DNA of 64,000 nt, from assembly GCA_964348825.1 (NCBI GenBank), contig CAYGDX010000001.1, positions 303,463 through 367,462 of the forward strand, given 5' to 3'. Each line of letters opens with the position of its first letter. Within the stretch, counting starts at the first letter, position 1. Both the position numbers and the translations under genes were made by a program. The stretch is from an uncultured Gammaproteobacteria bacterium. Lineage in GTDB: Bacteria; Patescibacteriota; Patescibacteriia; Veblenbacterales; UBA10138. The notes under the pieces are model-generated. The model made no database searches and was not told where the DNA came from. It worked only from the letters and a program-made list of their open reading frames with translations. Below, piece after piece: positions 54,974 to 64,000 of this stretch.

Positions 54974-56128
54974 TTATTTAATTTTTTGTGGTGTATTTTT
55001 TAATAAATTTAGAGTTTTTTGAGCGGTTGCTGTCCAATTGTATTTTTGTAGTATAGAAGTCATATCAGTTGTGCTGGTTTTATCTTTGTCTAACGTTTGC
55101 AACATAGCTTCGGCCCAGAGGTTTTCGTTATTAGGATCAACAAAAGTAGCGCTACCCCCTAGTACTTCTTTGAGTACTGGAATATCAGACACGATTACTG
55201 GCGCGCCGTACCCAAGCGCTTCAAGCGGACCCAATCCAAAACCTTCAATTAATGAAGGTAGTAGATAAGCCGAAGTATGAGTGTAAAGTGCGGCGAGGGT
55301 GGCGTCATTTGCTTCGCCCCAGAAAATGATGTTATTAGAGATTGCCACGTTGCTCGTTTCGACTTGCTTCTCGCAGTGACGGTTCGTCGTAGTTATCTCC
55401 TTCTCCAATCGTTTCATAAAAAAATCTTTTTTGCCAACTATAATTAATTTTATATCTGGACGCTTTTGCCTTGCTATCTCAAAAGCGTGAATTAACATTT
55501 CTAAATTTTTATGAGGATAGGCCGCGCCGACCGTTAGAAAATAATTCTCAGGTAAAATAATTTCAGCTGGTGCAACTTTTTCAGCTGGCGCAATTGGTAT
55601 AGCATTTATTTTATCTGCTACTTTAGGATAAAATTTTTTAATATCATTGCCGGTGGCCTGACTGATAGTAATAATACTCTGGGCGCGCTCAACCACTCTT
55701 TTGAGTAGTATTTTATAAGCTAAAATTTTTAACCAGTAGATTGGCTTTGGTAAGGTGGTAGCGCGTGAGCTTGGATAATGGTGCAAAATTAAATCGTGAA
55801 TTGTTAATACGTATGGTTGTTTAATAAAAAATGGCACATTGAAATGGGGAAAAAATACTAGATCAGGTTTTAGTTGATTGAATAGTCGTGGCAAATAAAT
55901 TTGTTCTTGCCACGAATAAATTCGCCACGGCGCGGGTTGTAGTTTGAAATTGGGTGGTAAATTTTGGGGTGCGGTTTTATTGTGCGGGTTAATTAGTAAA
56001 ATAAAATCAGTGCCCAAATCAAATTGAGCTAGATGTGTTACCAATTGTTCAACATAGCGCCCTAAGCCGCGATGTTCTATGCCCCACAAACGCGTATCTA
56101 TAACTATTTTCATATAATATACTAGCAA
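54974..56128 (-). CDS. glycosyltransferase family 4 (GT-B, retaining)
   Basis: EGFGLGPLEALGYGAPVIVSD motif (EX7E region). Confidence 0.8.
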   Translation of the reverse strand: MLVYYMKIVIDTRLWGIEHRGLGRYVEQLVTHLAQFDLGTDFILLINPHNKTAPQNLPPNFKLQPAPWRIYSWQEQIYLPRLFNQLKPDLVFFPHFNVPFFIKQPYVLTIHDLILHHYPSSRATTLPKPIYWLKILAYKILLKRVVERAQSIITISQATGNDIKKFYPKVADKINAIPIAPAEKVAPAEIILPENYFLTVGAAYPHKNLEMLIHAFEIARQKRPDIKLIIVGKKDFFMKRLEKEITTTNRHCEKQVETSNVAISNNIIFWGEANDATLAALYTHTSAYLLPSLIEGFGLGPLEALGYGAPVIVSDIPVLKEVLGGSATFVDPNNENLWAEAMLQTLDKDKTSTTDMTSILQKYNWTATAQKTLNLLKNTPQKIK

Positions 56129-56198
56129 GTGTTACGTTGGATAAATTCGTATATAAATTTAATAAATCCGAAGCACTAAATCCGAAATTCTAAAGTTT

Positions 56199-57359
56199 TT
56201 ATTTGGTTAAATTAGAAAAAATTTTATAATATTCACTCGCGGTTTTATCCCAAGAAAATTTTTGCATTTGAATTTGGCCAGCCGCTGAGAGTTTAGCGCG
56301 CGCTTCATCATTATCTAATAAATACTTAATCGCGCTTACCCACATTTCTTTGTGATACGGTGAAACCATTAAGCCGCCATCGCCAATTACTTCTGGTAGT
56401 GAAGAAGTTGAGGTTGTAATCACCGGCACCCCAGAGGCCGCGCTTTCCATTGGTGGCATACCAATACCCTCATAAAATGAAGGAAATAAAAAAATTTTGG
56501 CGCCTTGGTAAAGCGATGGTTTATCAACTCCATCAATAAAACCAGTAATGTGAATATGTTTTGCGATATCGGGATTATTTTTGAGCCAAAGTTTAATTTC
56601 GCCATAACACCAACCCCAAGTACCAGCTACCACCAAATCAAGGTTGTAATTAAATTTGGTTCGCAAATCTTTAATGGCTTCAAAAATAAGTAAGTAATTT
56701 TTGCGTGGTTCAATTGTGCCTAAGGTTAATAAATATTGGTTAGGTAAATGATATTTATTTTTTACAGCCGAGATTTCAGTTGGGGTTTTACTAGTTGAAT
56801 AAATTTTCGATAATCCTGGTATTACAGCCTCCACTTTATTTTTTAATTTTGGATAAGTGTCAACTAAATCATTTTTAGTATGATTAGTAACTGCTATTAT
56901 TTTAGTAAAATCACAAAGTCCGTTGGTTAGTTGCCTACGTAGATATGGATAATACCAAAATCTGCCCTTAAGTGGAAAGTACTTAGGAAAATGAATAAAT
57001 GATAAATCGTGAATTGTTACAACCGCAGGAATTTGCCCACTCATTTTTACAAAAGCTGGTGCTGGTAACCAAATTAGATCTGGTTTTACGCCCGCGCTTA
57101 AAAATTCTTCGTCTAATCCCGAACCCGCGCGAAGAGTATAAAGTAAATTACGAAGTTTGTTTGGATAACGGGTGTGGGTTAACTCTATTTTATTTTTTAA
57201 CTCAGCAGGAATTAAAGTCGCCTTAGCTTTATTGGTATAGCCAATAATTTTAAGGTTAGGATAATTTTTTAGTAAACTCAAAATAACGTTAAGAGTATAC
57301 TCCCCCACGCCGGTTAGGAAACGAGATTCTAAACAACGTAAGTCAATGCCAAGAATCAT
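56199..57359 (-). CDS. glycosyltransferase family 4
   Basis: EGIGMPPMESAASGVPVITT motif. Confidence 0.8.
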   Translation of the reverse strand: MILGIDLRCLESRFLTGVGEYTLNVILSLLKNYPNLKIIGYTNKAKATLIPAELKNKIELTHTRYPNKLRNLLYTLRAGSGLDEEFLSAGVKPDLIWLPAPAFVKMSGQIPAVVTIHDLSFIHFPKYFPLKGRFWYYPYLRRQLTNGLCDFTKIIAVTNHTKNDLVDTYPKLKNKVEAVIPGLSKIYSTSKTPTEISAVKNKYHLPNQYLLTLGTIEPRKNYLLIFEAIKDLRTKFNYNLDLVVAGTWGWCYGEIKLWLKNNPDIAKHIHITGFIDGVDKPSLYQGAKIFLFPSFYEGIGMPPMESAASGVPVITTSTSSLPEVIGDGGLMVSPYHKEMWVSAIKYLLDNDEARAKLSAAGQIQMQKFSWDKTASEYYKIFSNLTK

Positions 57360-57545
57360 AAATATAAATCCGAATATCTAAATCCGAAATCCTAAATAAA
57401 TCCAAAATATTTAAATCCCAAGTTCTAAAGTTTTAATTTTTTAAAATATTTATTTGAACTTTTAACTTGGTCATTGGAACTTTTAAGATTTAGATATTAG
57501 TCCGCTAGTTGGCGAATTAGTCATTAGTGATTTTAATTACTACAG

Positions 57546-58628
57546 CTACAATTTAATACTCTTTACCAACTCCCCCCACTCTTCCACAAACCTCTCAGTA
57601 GAAAATTTTTCAGCGTGGGTTTTGATTTTGGCCGAATCAAATTTATCAAACCGAAAACGTATCACCGCGTCGGCTAGTGATTCCCAAGTTTGATCAGTAA
57701 AAAATTTACCAGTTACATCGTCCACTACGGTTTCCAAAGCGCCACCTGATTTATAAGCAATTACGGGGCGCCCTGAAGCCATTGATTCTACGGCGGTAAT
57801 GCCAAAATCTTCTTCTTGAGGATGAATAAAAGCGCGCGCTCGAGCTAAGTAATGAGCTTTTTCCGTTTCCGACACCTGACCTAAAAATTCAATATTTGGT
57901 TTGGCCAGTGAGCGAAGCTCCGTTTCTTGTTCACCTGCCCCAATAACTTTAAGTGGCATGCCAAGTTTATTAAAAGCGCGAATCGCTAAATCCACTCGTT
58001 TGTAGGGCCGTAGCCGTGAAATAATTAAAAAATAATCTTCTGGTTCGGCAAGTGTAAAATTGGAAGTAGCGACCGGTGGATAGATTACTTTTGACTCACG
58101 GCGATAATATTTAGCAATTCTTTTGGCCACAAAATTGGAATTAGCTACGTAAGTATCAACCCGCTGGGCCGCGATATAATCCCAAGTTCTAAGTTTAGTC
58201 AGAATAAATGGTAAGATTTTTTTAATGAGTTTTGGTTGGGGCAGTTCAGCGGTATATTGCACGGTGTCGCTCCATAAGTAACGTGTAGGTGTGTGACAAT
58301 AGCAAATATGATGAGTGTGTTGATTGGTGATTAAACCTTTAATTAAAGATGAGGCCGAACTAACTACTAAATCAAATTGTGAAAAATCTAGTTGTTCAAT
58401 GGCGGTGGGCATAAGTGGTAAATACCATTTGAAAAATTTTTGTGCGCCCGGCAAATCTTCAATAAATGAAGTACGAATATCCCAACCATCAGTAAAATCA
58501 CCCATCGCCTCTAAATTTGCGGCCACGGTAAAAATAGGAGCTTGGGGGTACATTTGGTGAAATTCCTTTAGTACCATTTCCGCCCCGCCGATTTGATTTA
58601 GATGATCGTGAGCTAAGGCAACGCGCAT
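57546..58628 (-). CDS. glycosyltransferase family 4
   Basis: EDFGITAVESMASGRPVIAY motif. Confidence 0.8.
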   Translation of the reverse strand: MRVALAHDHLNQIGGAEMVLKEFHQMYPQAPIFTVAANLEAMGDFTDGWDIRTSFIEDLPGAQKFFKWYLPLMPTAIEQLDFSQFDLVVSSASSLIKGLITNQHTHHICYCHTPTRYLWSDTVQYTAELPQPKLIKKILPFILTKLRTWDYIAAQRVDTYVANSNFVAKRIAKYYRRESKVIYPPVATSNFTLAEPEDYFLIISRLRPYKRVDLAIRAFNKLGMPLKVIGAGEQETELRSLAKPNIEFLGQVSETEKAHYLARARAFIHPQEEDFGITAVESMASGRPVIAYKSGGALETVVDDVTGKFFTDQTWESLADAVIRFRFDKFDSAKIKTHAEKFSTERFVEEWGELVKSIKL

Positions 58629-58630
58629 AA

Positions 58631-58713
58631 GTTAACATTATAACACTAGAACATTAGAACAAAAAACAATAACAATCCAATTTGTTTTAATGTTAAAGTG
58701 TTCTAGTGATCTA
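58631..58713. repeat. TAGAACA-type intergenic inverted repeat, family 4, copy 3
   Basis: GTTAACATTATAACACTAGAACATTAGAAC...GTTAAAGTGTTCTAGTGATCTA. Confidence 0.6.
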
Positions 58714-58719
58714 ATTAAT

Positions 58720-60093
58720 TCACACTGCCGCTTTTCTTTGCAGTACAACAATTATTGTTTTGGCGAGTATCACCATATCTTGCCCTAAAGTCCAATTTTC
58801 AACATAAAAAGTATCTAGCTTAACCTCTTCTTCAAAAGTTAGTTGTGAGCGACCAGCCACTTGTCCAAGGCCAGTCAGGCCGGGTTTAATATTTAATAAT
58901 TTATGATGACGAGTTTGGTATTTGGCGACTTCCGCTGGTTCGTGTGGACGAGGGCCAACTAGAGACATCTCGCCTTTTATAATATTAACCAATTGAGGTA
59001 ATTCGTCTAAGCTCCAGCGGCGAATAAATTTACCAAATTTTGTAACACGTGGATCATTACTCATTTTAAATAATGGCCCATCACTCCTCTCATTATTAGC
59101 TAATAATTCAGCTTTCATTCTATCGGCGCCTCGCACCATCGAGCGGAATTTATAAAGTTTGAAAGGAATATCTTTTTCACCAATTCTAGTGAGACCTATA
59201 AAAATTGGTCGCCCTGAATCAATCATAACTATCAGGCCGATGATTATAAAAATTGGTAGTAAAATTATTAATAATAAAATACTAAAAAATATATCAAATA
59301 AACGTTTTACAATTTTACCCCAACCCTCAAGCGTCGTTTTTTTAATTTCAACTAGTGGCACGCCAGCCAAGGTATGGAAAATAACATTATGGGCTTGCGC
59401 TTCAAATAAGTCAGCCACATAACGAAAACCTAAATGATGTGCCGTGCAAAATTCTAAAATTTTTAATCTAATATCGCGCGGTAAATTTGGATCACCAATA
59501 ATAATTTCATCTACGCCCGAAATATCAACTAGTTGATAAAAATCATTAGGCGCGATTTGTTTTAGTACTTTAAAACCAAAAGAAGGGTGACTAGTAAAAG
59601 TTTTTACGAGTTCGTTTGAGGTTTGATTATCACCAACTATAATTACTTGATTTATGCCATAACCATTTCTGGTTAAAGTTAATTTAATAAAGCGCAAAAT
59701 AATTCGCCCTAAAGCCGTAAAAATAAAAGCCAGCAAAAACCCCGTTAGCACAATAAACCGCGAACTAAAAAAATAAAAATTAAAAAAGAAGAATAAAATT
59801 ATAAGAGCGAGACCACTCGAACAAGCTAAAAATATTCGCCCTATTTCTTCGGAAAGTTTGAGCTGATGGGATAATGAGTAAAGGCCAGCTAAAGCAAAAA
59901 GTATTAAACAAATTACTGCCGCCAGCATTAATTTGGGCAAAAATTCAGTTAATGGTAGTTGAAATATTATTGGTTTAATAGCTTGTATTTCCGTAATAAA
60001 ACGAAGCTGATAAGCCGCAAGTCCGGCTAAAATCAGCATTATATAATCAAGTGGCAAGGCCAAAGTGGCGAGGAATAGTTGCGAACGCTTCAT
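58720..60093 (-). CDS. polyprenyl-phosphate hexose-1-phosphate transferase (WbaP/EpsE-like 'bacterial sugar transferase')
   Basis: Multi-TM N-terminal region, C-terminal catalytic domain with KLYKFRSM and GEMSLVGPRP motifs. Confidence 0.85.
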   Translation of the reverse strand: MKRSQLFLATLALPLDYIMLILAGLAAYQLRFITEIQAIKPIIFQLPLTEFLPKLMLAAVICLILFALAGLYSLSHQLKLSEEIGRIFLACSSGLALIILFFFFNFYFFSSRFIVLTGFLLAFIFTALGRIILRFIKLTLTRNGYGINQVIIVGDNQTSNELVKTFTSHPSFGFKVLKQIAPNDFYQLVDISGVDEIIIGDPNLPRDIRLKILEFCTAHHLGFRYVADLFEAQAHNVIFHTLAGVPLVEIKKTTLEGWGKIVKRLFDIFFSILLLIILLPIFIIIGLIVMIDSGRPIFIGLTRIGEKDIPFKLYKFRSMVRGADRMKAELLANNERSDGPLFKMSNDPRVTKFGKFIRRWSLDELPQLVNIIKGEMSLVGPRPHEPAEVAKYQTRHHKLLNIKPGLTGLGQVAGRSQLTFEEEVKLDTFYVENWTLGQDMVILAKTIIVVLQRKAAV

Positions 60094-60139
60094 ACAGCAA
60101 ATAGCTTAGCAATTATTGGGGATTTTTACCAGTCTGCTA

Positions 60140-60167
60140 TTGACAAATTCATTAAACTTGTTAATAT
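60140..60167 (+). promoter_or_regulatory. sigma70-like promoter for rnpB (TTGACA-16-TAATAT)
   Basis: TTGACA at 60140-60145, TAATAT at 60162-60167, about 7 nt before the P1 helix start. Confidence 0.5.
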
Positions 60168-60174
60168 AAAAATA

Positions 60175-60606
60175 CCTTAATAATTTAGGTGATTGGTCCG
60201 ATGTAAATTGGACAGGAAAGTCCGAACACCACAGTGCCCAACTTTTTGGGTGGGTAATTCGTAACACGAACCGTTGGCCGCCGTAAGGCGCGCCGCAGGA
60301 CAAGTACAACAGAAAATATTCCCGCCTTTGTGGCGCAAGTCATAAGGGTAAGGGGTGAAACGGTGGGTACGCTTTAAGCGTAATAGTTCGCAACTTTTGT
60401 CGAACAACGTAAGAGCCCACCAGCATTGATAGTGATATCGATGGCTAGGTAAACTCTACCCGGTGCAATACTAAGTAGGCCCGATTAATATCGGGCGGGT
60501 TAGTAGCTTGAGCTTTGATGCGAATTAAAGCCTAGATAGATAATCGCCCAGGTTGTAATTGAAAGATTATAGCCGGACAGAATTCGGCTTATAAAATTAT
60601 TAAGGT
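60175..60606 (+). ncRNA. rnpB: RNase P RNA (bacterial type A)
   Basis: P1 pairing CCTTAATAATTT (60175) with AAATTATTAAGG (60594); conserved AGGAAAGTCCGAAC...CACAG, GGGTAAGGGGTGAAACGGTGGGTA, GTAAGAGCCCACCAG, GTAAACTCTACCCGGTGCAA, and 3' ACAGAATTCGGCTTAT (P4 pairs with GTCCGAA). Confidence 0.85.
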
Positions 60607-60640
60607 AAAAAAACACTCTAGTTTAACTAGGGTGTTTTTG
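60607..60640 (+). terminator. hairpin terminator after rnpB
   Basis: AACACTCTAG-TTTAA-CTAGGGTGTT followed by TTTGTTGTT. Confidence 0.5.
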
Positions 60641-60734
60641 TTGTTGACAATAATTTGATAGTATGGTAATATAATCGGAATTAAAATAAAAATTAAATCA
60701 CAAACACACAAAAACATTATAAAGGATAAAAACG

Positions 60735-61553
60735 ATGAAAAATCGTTTCTTTTACATTATTATTTGCTTGACGTTGTTGTTAGGCATTATTTTCCTCGCG
60801 TGTAAAGACGATGAAAAAATCGTACCACAAAATCCAGGTGTTGATTTGGTCAACGGAATTACTTCTGTTGATGATCGTTTGCATTTCCGTTCAGCGGATT
60901 TAGCCGCTATGCCGGCAGTACAACGCGCCGCGGCAATTCAACAATCGCGCCCGTTTTTATCACAAGGAGTAGTTCATTTTTTACGCGACAAAAATCGCCT
61001 CGGTCAAAATACAAAAATTGACAGCGTTCAATTTCTATTTGGTTCGTCAAAAGAAATTTATGGCGAAGACAAAACAGGAAAAAGACACCGCGGTTATTTT
61101 AAGGATCAGTTGGTCGCTAAAATTTACCCACAAGGCCAAGCCCCACAGTATGTATTGGTTGAGTGTTTAAATGGTATCTATTCTCTACCAGAGGACTTTG
61201 AAAAAAATCTTCAAACGTTGGGAAGTCAGCGATTTCAGGACGAATTCACAATCAGACGTGGTGAAGGTCTTATTCATCACGTGGATTATGCAACTGCAAT
61301 TGATTTGTCTCGTCGCTTCGGTTTAAAACTTTACGATTTTCCATTAGGTACCAACAAAAAAATGCGTAAAAATCGTGAAATCACTGCGGATCGAGCCGAA
61401 GGAATGGAAAATATGACTGATTGGCGTCAAGTGACTGTAAAAGTGTTTACTGGCGATAAATTCAATCTTCGCGCAATGACTTATACTCCGGCGCCACAAC
61501 CAAAAGCAATCAAAAATAAAACGAAAAAGGAACGTCACAAACGGCGCCGTTAA
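60735..61553 (+). CDS. hypothetical lipoprotein with basic C-terminus
   Basis: Signal peptide with lipobox-like FLAC; C-terminal KNKTKKERHKRRR; TTGACA-17-TAATAT promoter at 60644-60672. Confidence 0.5.
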   Translation: MKNRFFYIIICLTLLLGIIFLACKDDEKIVPQNPGVDLVNGITSVDDRLHFRSADLAAMPAVQRAAAIQQSRPFLSQGVVHFLRDKNRLGQNTKIDSVQFLFGSSKEIYGEDKTGKRHRGYFKDQLVAKIYPQGQAPQYVLVECLNGIYSLPEDFEKNLQTLGSQRFQDEFTIRRGEGLIHHVDYATAIDLSRRFGLKLYDFPLGTNKKMRKNREITADRAEGMENMTDWRQVTVKVFTGDKFNLRAMTYTPAPQPKAIKNKTKKERHKRRR

Positions 61554-61574
61554 AAAATAACAACATATTTTCGT

Positions 61575-61607
61575 GAGAGAGTTCTGAGGCAGAACTCTCT
61601 TTTTTTA
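61575..61607 (+). terminator. rho-independent terminator
   Basis: GAGAGAGTTCTG-AGG-CAGAACTCTCT followed by TTTTTTT. Confidence 0.7.
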
Positions 61608-61631
61608 TTTTGTTAAATTTTGTAGAAAAAG

Positions 61632-62048
61632 TTAGTTTATTGATTGGTGTTTATCTAACGCTTCGTTCACTAACCAATCCGCCCGCTTATTTTGTTCGCG
61701 TGGGATGTGTGAAAAAGTTATGGTTTTAAATTTTTGTGACAAGTTCCAAATTTTTACAAATAAAACTCCCAAATCTTTATCTTTTACCTTATACTCCCCT
61801 TTTAATTGTTTCACCACTAATTCACTATCCAAAAAACAATTTACATTTTCAGCTTTTAATTCTAATGCTTTTTCCAGTGCCATAAGTAGCGCTTTGTACT
61901 CGGCTTGATTATTGGTGGTTTCGCCAATATATTTACCAAACTCAAAAATAATTTTCCCGATGGCGTCCTGAATAACAAAACCAATGCCAGCCGGACCCGG
62001 ATTACCTCGTGCACCACCATCCGTGAATATTTTAATTATTTCAGTCAT
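61632..62048 (-). CDS. rnhA: ribonuclease HI
   Basis: FTDGGARGNPGPAG, E48-like QAEYKAL, D and H motifs of RNase H. Confidence 0.85.
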   Translation of the reverse strand: MTEIIKIFTDGGARGNPGPAGIGFVIQDAIGKIIFEFGKYIGETTNNQAEYKALLMALEKALELKAENVNCFLDSELVVKQLKGEYKVKDKDLGVLFVKIWNLSQKFKTITFSHIPREQNKRADWLVNEALDKHQSIN

Positions 62049-62712
62049 AATTAAATAATGATAATAATTTTAAATAAGATAAGTCAGACCAATTATTAAT
62101 TAATAAATCAACCCCGGCTAAATCTTCTTTAATAAAGCCATTAAACCCCGCAACCTTCATACCGGCCCGCTTAGCCGCCTCAATTCCACTGGGCGCATCT
62201 TCAACCACAATACATTTGTTAGTTGGCACGCTTAATCGTTCCGCCACAGTTAAAAATATATTTGGATCTGGTTTTTGTGTAGCTACATCTTCAGCTGTAA
62301 TTACTACTGAGAAATAATCAGCTAGATTAAAAATTTTTAAAATATGATCAATGCGCCAGCGCCTAGAAGAACTACCAATACCCATTGGTATATTATTATT
62401 TTTTAGTTCTTTAAGTAATTTAATTAAAAATGGGTCGGGTTGTAGTTGCCCATCGGCTTCCATCATAGCAAAACTTATTTCGCCGCTTTGTCTGGAGAAT
62501 GTTTCAACATCCAAATCAACACCATATTTGCTTTTGGCGGCGGTTAAAATATCTTTTAAAGAACGACCACGCCAATCTTCATTACTTGAATCGGGTAAGT
62601 CAGCTATGGTGAAACCGTAAGTTCCAAGTAATTTATCAATTGATGTTTTGTTGTAAGATGTAGAATTTAGAATTACACCGTCAACATCAAAAATTAATGC
62701 GAAATCAATCAT
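62041..62712 (-). CDS. HAD-superfamily hydrolase (beta-phosphoglucomutase-like subfamily IA)
   Basis: Motif I FDVDGVILNS, motif III K and motif IV EDAPSGIEAA. Confidence 0.75.
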   Translation of the reverse strand: MIDFALIFDVDGVILNSTSYNKTSIDKLLGTYGFTIADLPDSSNEDWRGRSLKDILTAAKSKYGVDLDVETFSRQSGEISFAMMEADGQLQPDPFLIKLLKELKNNNIPMGIGSSSRRWRIDHILKIFNLADYFSVVITAEDVATQKPDPNIFLTVAERLSVPTNKCIVVEDAPSGIEAAKRAGMKVAGFNGFIKEDLAGVDLLINNWSDLSYLKLLSLFNYD

Positions 62713-62715
62713 ATA

Positions 62716-64000
62716 TTATATCTTTTTTAAATCAATAACTTTTAATTCCAATTCCCTATTCCCCTGCCAGGAGTTTACACCTACTTCATACACTACCTCA
62801 ACTTGATCGCCGAGTGAAAGTTTTTGAGCGGTATCACCTTGTCTAAATAAAATAAATTTTCGGCTGATATCGTTGGCCTCTAAAACTAGTTTTAAATGTT
62901 GACCAGTACTACCTACTGGCCTTAATTCGCGTACTATTAAATTCTTACTTAAAAATTTGGCTGATGGGTTAGTCATGCCAGTCGGTTCAAGTTTGGCTAC
63001 TTGTTCATATAAATTCCAATCGACTTGCGACCAAGGTACAACCGCATCCACTTTAATACTAGGAGTTAAATTTATTTTTTGTAATTTGGCTTTGGCAAGT
63101 TTGGCTATGGCGTGCAAAAAATTATCTATTTTCCCAGGTTTAATAGTAAAACCAGCCGCTTCTTTGTGCCCACCATAAGCTATTAAATATTCACTGCACT
63201 GCTCTAAGGCTTCAGCTAAATTAAAATCTCCCACACCACTTCGACCAGATCCTGCAATTTTATCGCCCGCCTGACCAATTGTAAGCGCTGGTCGATTGTA
63301 CTCTTGGACTAATTTGCCAGCTACTAATCCTACCATGCCAAGCGACCACGAAGGATCAAAAGCCGCCACTAAATATTGATTGAGTTTTAAATCGCCAATT
63401 TGTTCTTTGGCTTGCTCAAACATTTCCTCGGTTAAATGCTGACGTTCGTTATTTGTTAAATTTAATGAATTAGCAAGTTCTCTGGCTTCGCTAGGATTAC
63501 TCGCCATAAGTAGTGCAAAAGCGGCATTGGCATGATCCAAGCGCCCAGCCGCGTTGATGCGTGGTGCAATTTGAAAGCCAATTGAAAAAATATCTATCAC
63601 CTCTGGTTTAATGCCAGCTATTTCATATAAAGTTTTTAAGCCCAACCTTCGGGTTTTTTGTAAAACTATCAATCCGTATTTGGTAAGTGTGCGATTTTCG
63701 CCTTGCAATTTTACCATATCAGCTACCGTGGAAATGGCTACTAAATCAAGCGACCATTTTATCCATTGCTCTTTCTCAAATTCAGATAAATGACAGCCAT
63801 CATAATGCATTAATCCTTGTACAAGCTTAAAGGCTACACCACCGCCAGATAAAAATTTAAATGGATATGTCTCGGAAGCAAGTCCGCAGTGTAGAATTGC
63901 GTAGGCCTCGGGTAAAGAACTTTTGGCTTGATGATGGTCGGTGATAATAACATCAACGCCTAAACTGTTAGCTGTTTTAACTGGTTCGTGACTCGCAATT
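62716..64000 (-). CDS. recJ: single-stranded-DNA-specific exonuclease RecJ (N-terminal part lies beyond the window end)
   Basis: DHH motif DVIITDHH, DHHA1 region GGHKEAAGF, C-terminal OB-like domain; frame is open to the window edge. Confidence 0.75.
   Translation of the reverse strand, partial: IASHEPVKTANSLGVDVIITDHHQAKSSLPEAYAILHCGLASETYPFKFLSGGGVAFKLVQGLMHYDGCHLSEFEKEQWIKWSLDLVAISTVADMVKLQGENRTLTKYGLIVLQKTRRLGLKTLYEIAGIKPEVIDIFSIGFQIAPRINAAGRLDHANAAFALLMASNPSEARELANSLNLTNNERQHLTEEMFEQAKEQIGDLKLNQYLVAAFDPSWSLGMVGLVAGKLVQEYNRPALTIGQAGDKIAGSGRSGVGDFNLAEALEQCSEYLIAYGGHKEAAGFTIKPGKIDNFLHAIAKLAKAKLQKINLTPSIKVDAVVPWSQVDWNLYEQVAKLEPTGMTNPSAKFLSKNLIVRELRPVGSTGQHLKLVLEANDISRKFILFRQGDTAQKLSLGDQVEVVYEVGVNSWQGNRELELKVIDLKKI

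Noticed and set aside
60106-60407. Two minus-strand ORFs (60106-60309 and 60177-60407) in the ORF track
   Set aside because: They overlap rnpB, which is recognisable by its conserved P1/P4 sequences on the plus strand. The ORFs have no start context and are artefacts of the GC-rich structured RNA.

Overview
This 64 kb window comes from a low-GC, gene-dense bacterial chromosome with a reduced-genome, Patescibacteria/CPR-like flavour. The hints are a short HrcA, a PriA with a degenerate helicase core, and DUF3467, LemA/TPM, four-helix-bundle and DUF4012-like genes, although lineage cannot be proven from sequence alone. The window is mostly housekeeping: fmt-def, priA, gltX, the hrcA-grpE-hsp20-dnaK-dnaJ stress cluster with a canonical CIRCE operator, queA-tgt, rnhA and a partial recJ. 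It also carries a MacAB-like efflux operon, ZIP and NRAMP metal transporters, and a polysaccharide locus (three GT4 enzymes, a phospho-sugar transferase and a large membrane protein) next to an RNase P RNA gene (rnpB) that ORF calling would miss. Six things stand out. (1) A three-gene cassette encoding a FabK/NMO-like flavin oxidoreductase, a Cys/Met-family PLP enzyme and a FabH-like ketosynthase; each gene has its own promoter or terminator module, two terminators are near-identical, and a tyrosine recombinase sits alongside. (2) A large secreted repeat protein ending in a textbook Bacteroidota-type T9SS C-terminal sorting domain. (3) A processive GT2 (QxxRW/TED) polysaccharide synthase with a ZIP transporter and a multi-TM partner. 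(4) A roughly 130 bp GC-rich structured element present twice inside minus-strand operons, with compensatory base changes. (5) Several families of short intergenic inverted-repeat and palindromic elements, one copy of which appears to sit in-frame inside queA. (6) A 32-bp duplicate of the dnaK start upstream of dnaK. No CRISPR arrays, tRNAs or rRNAs were recognised.
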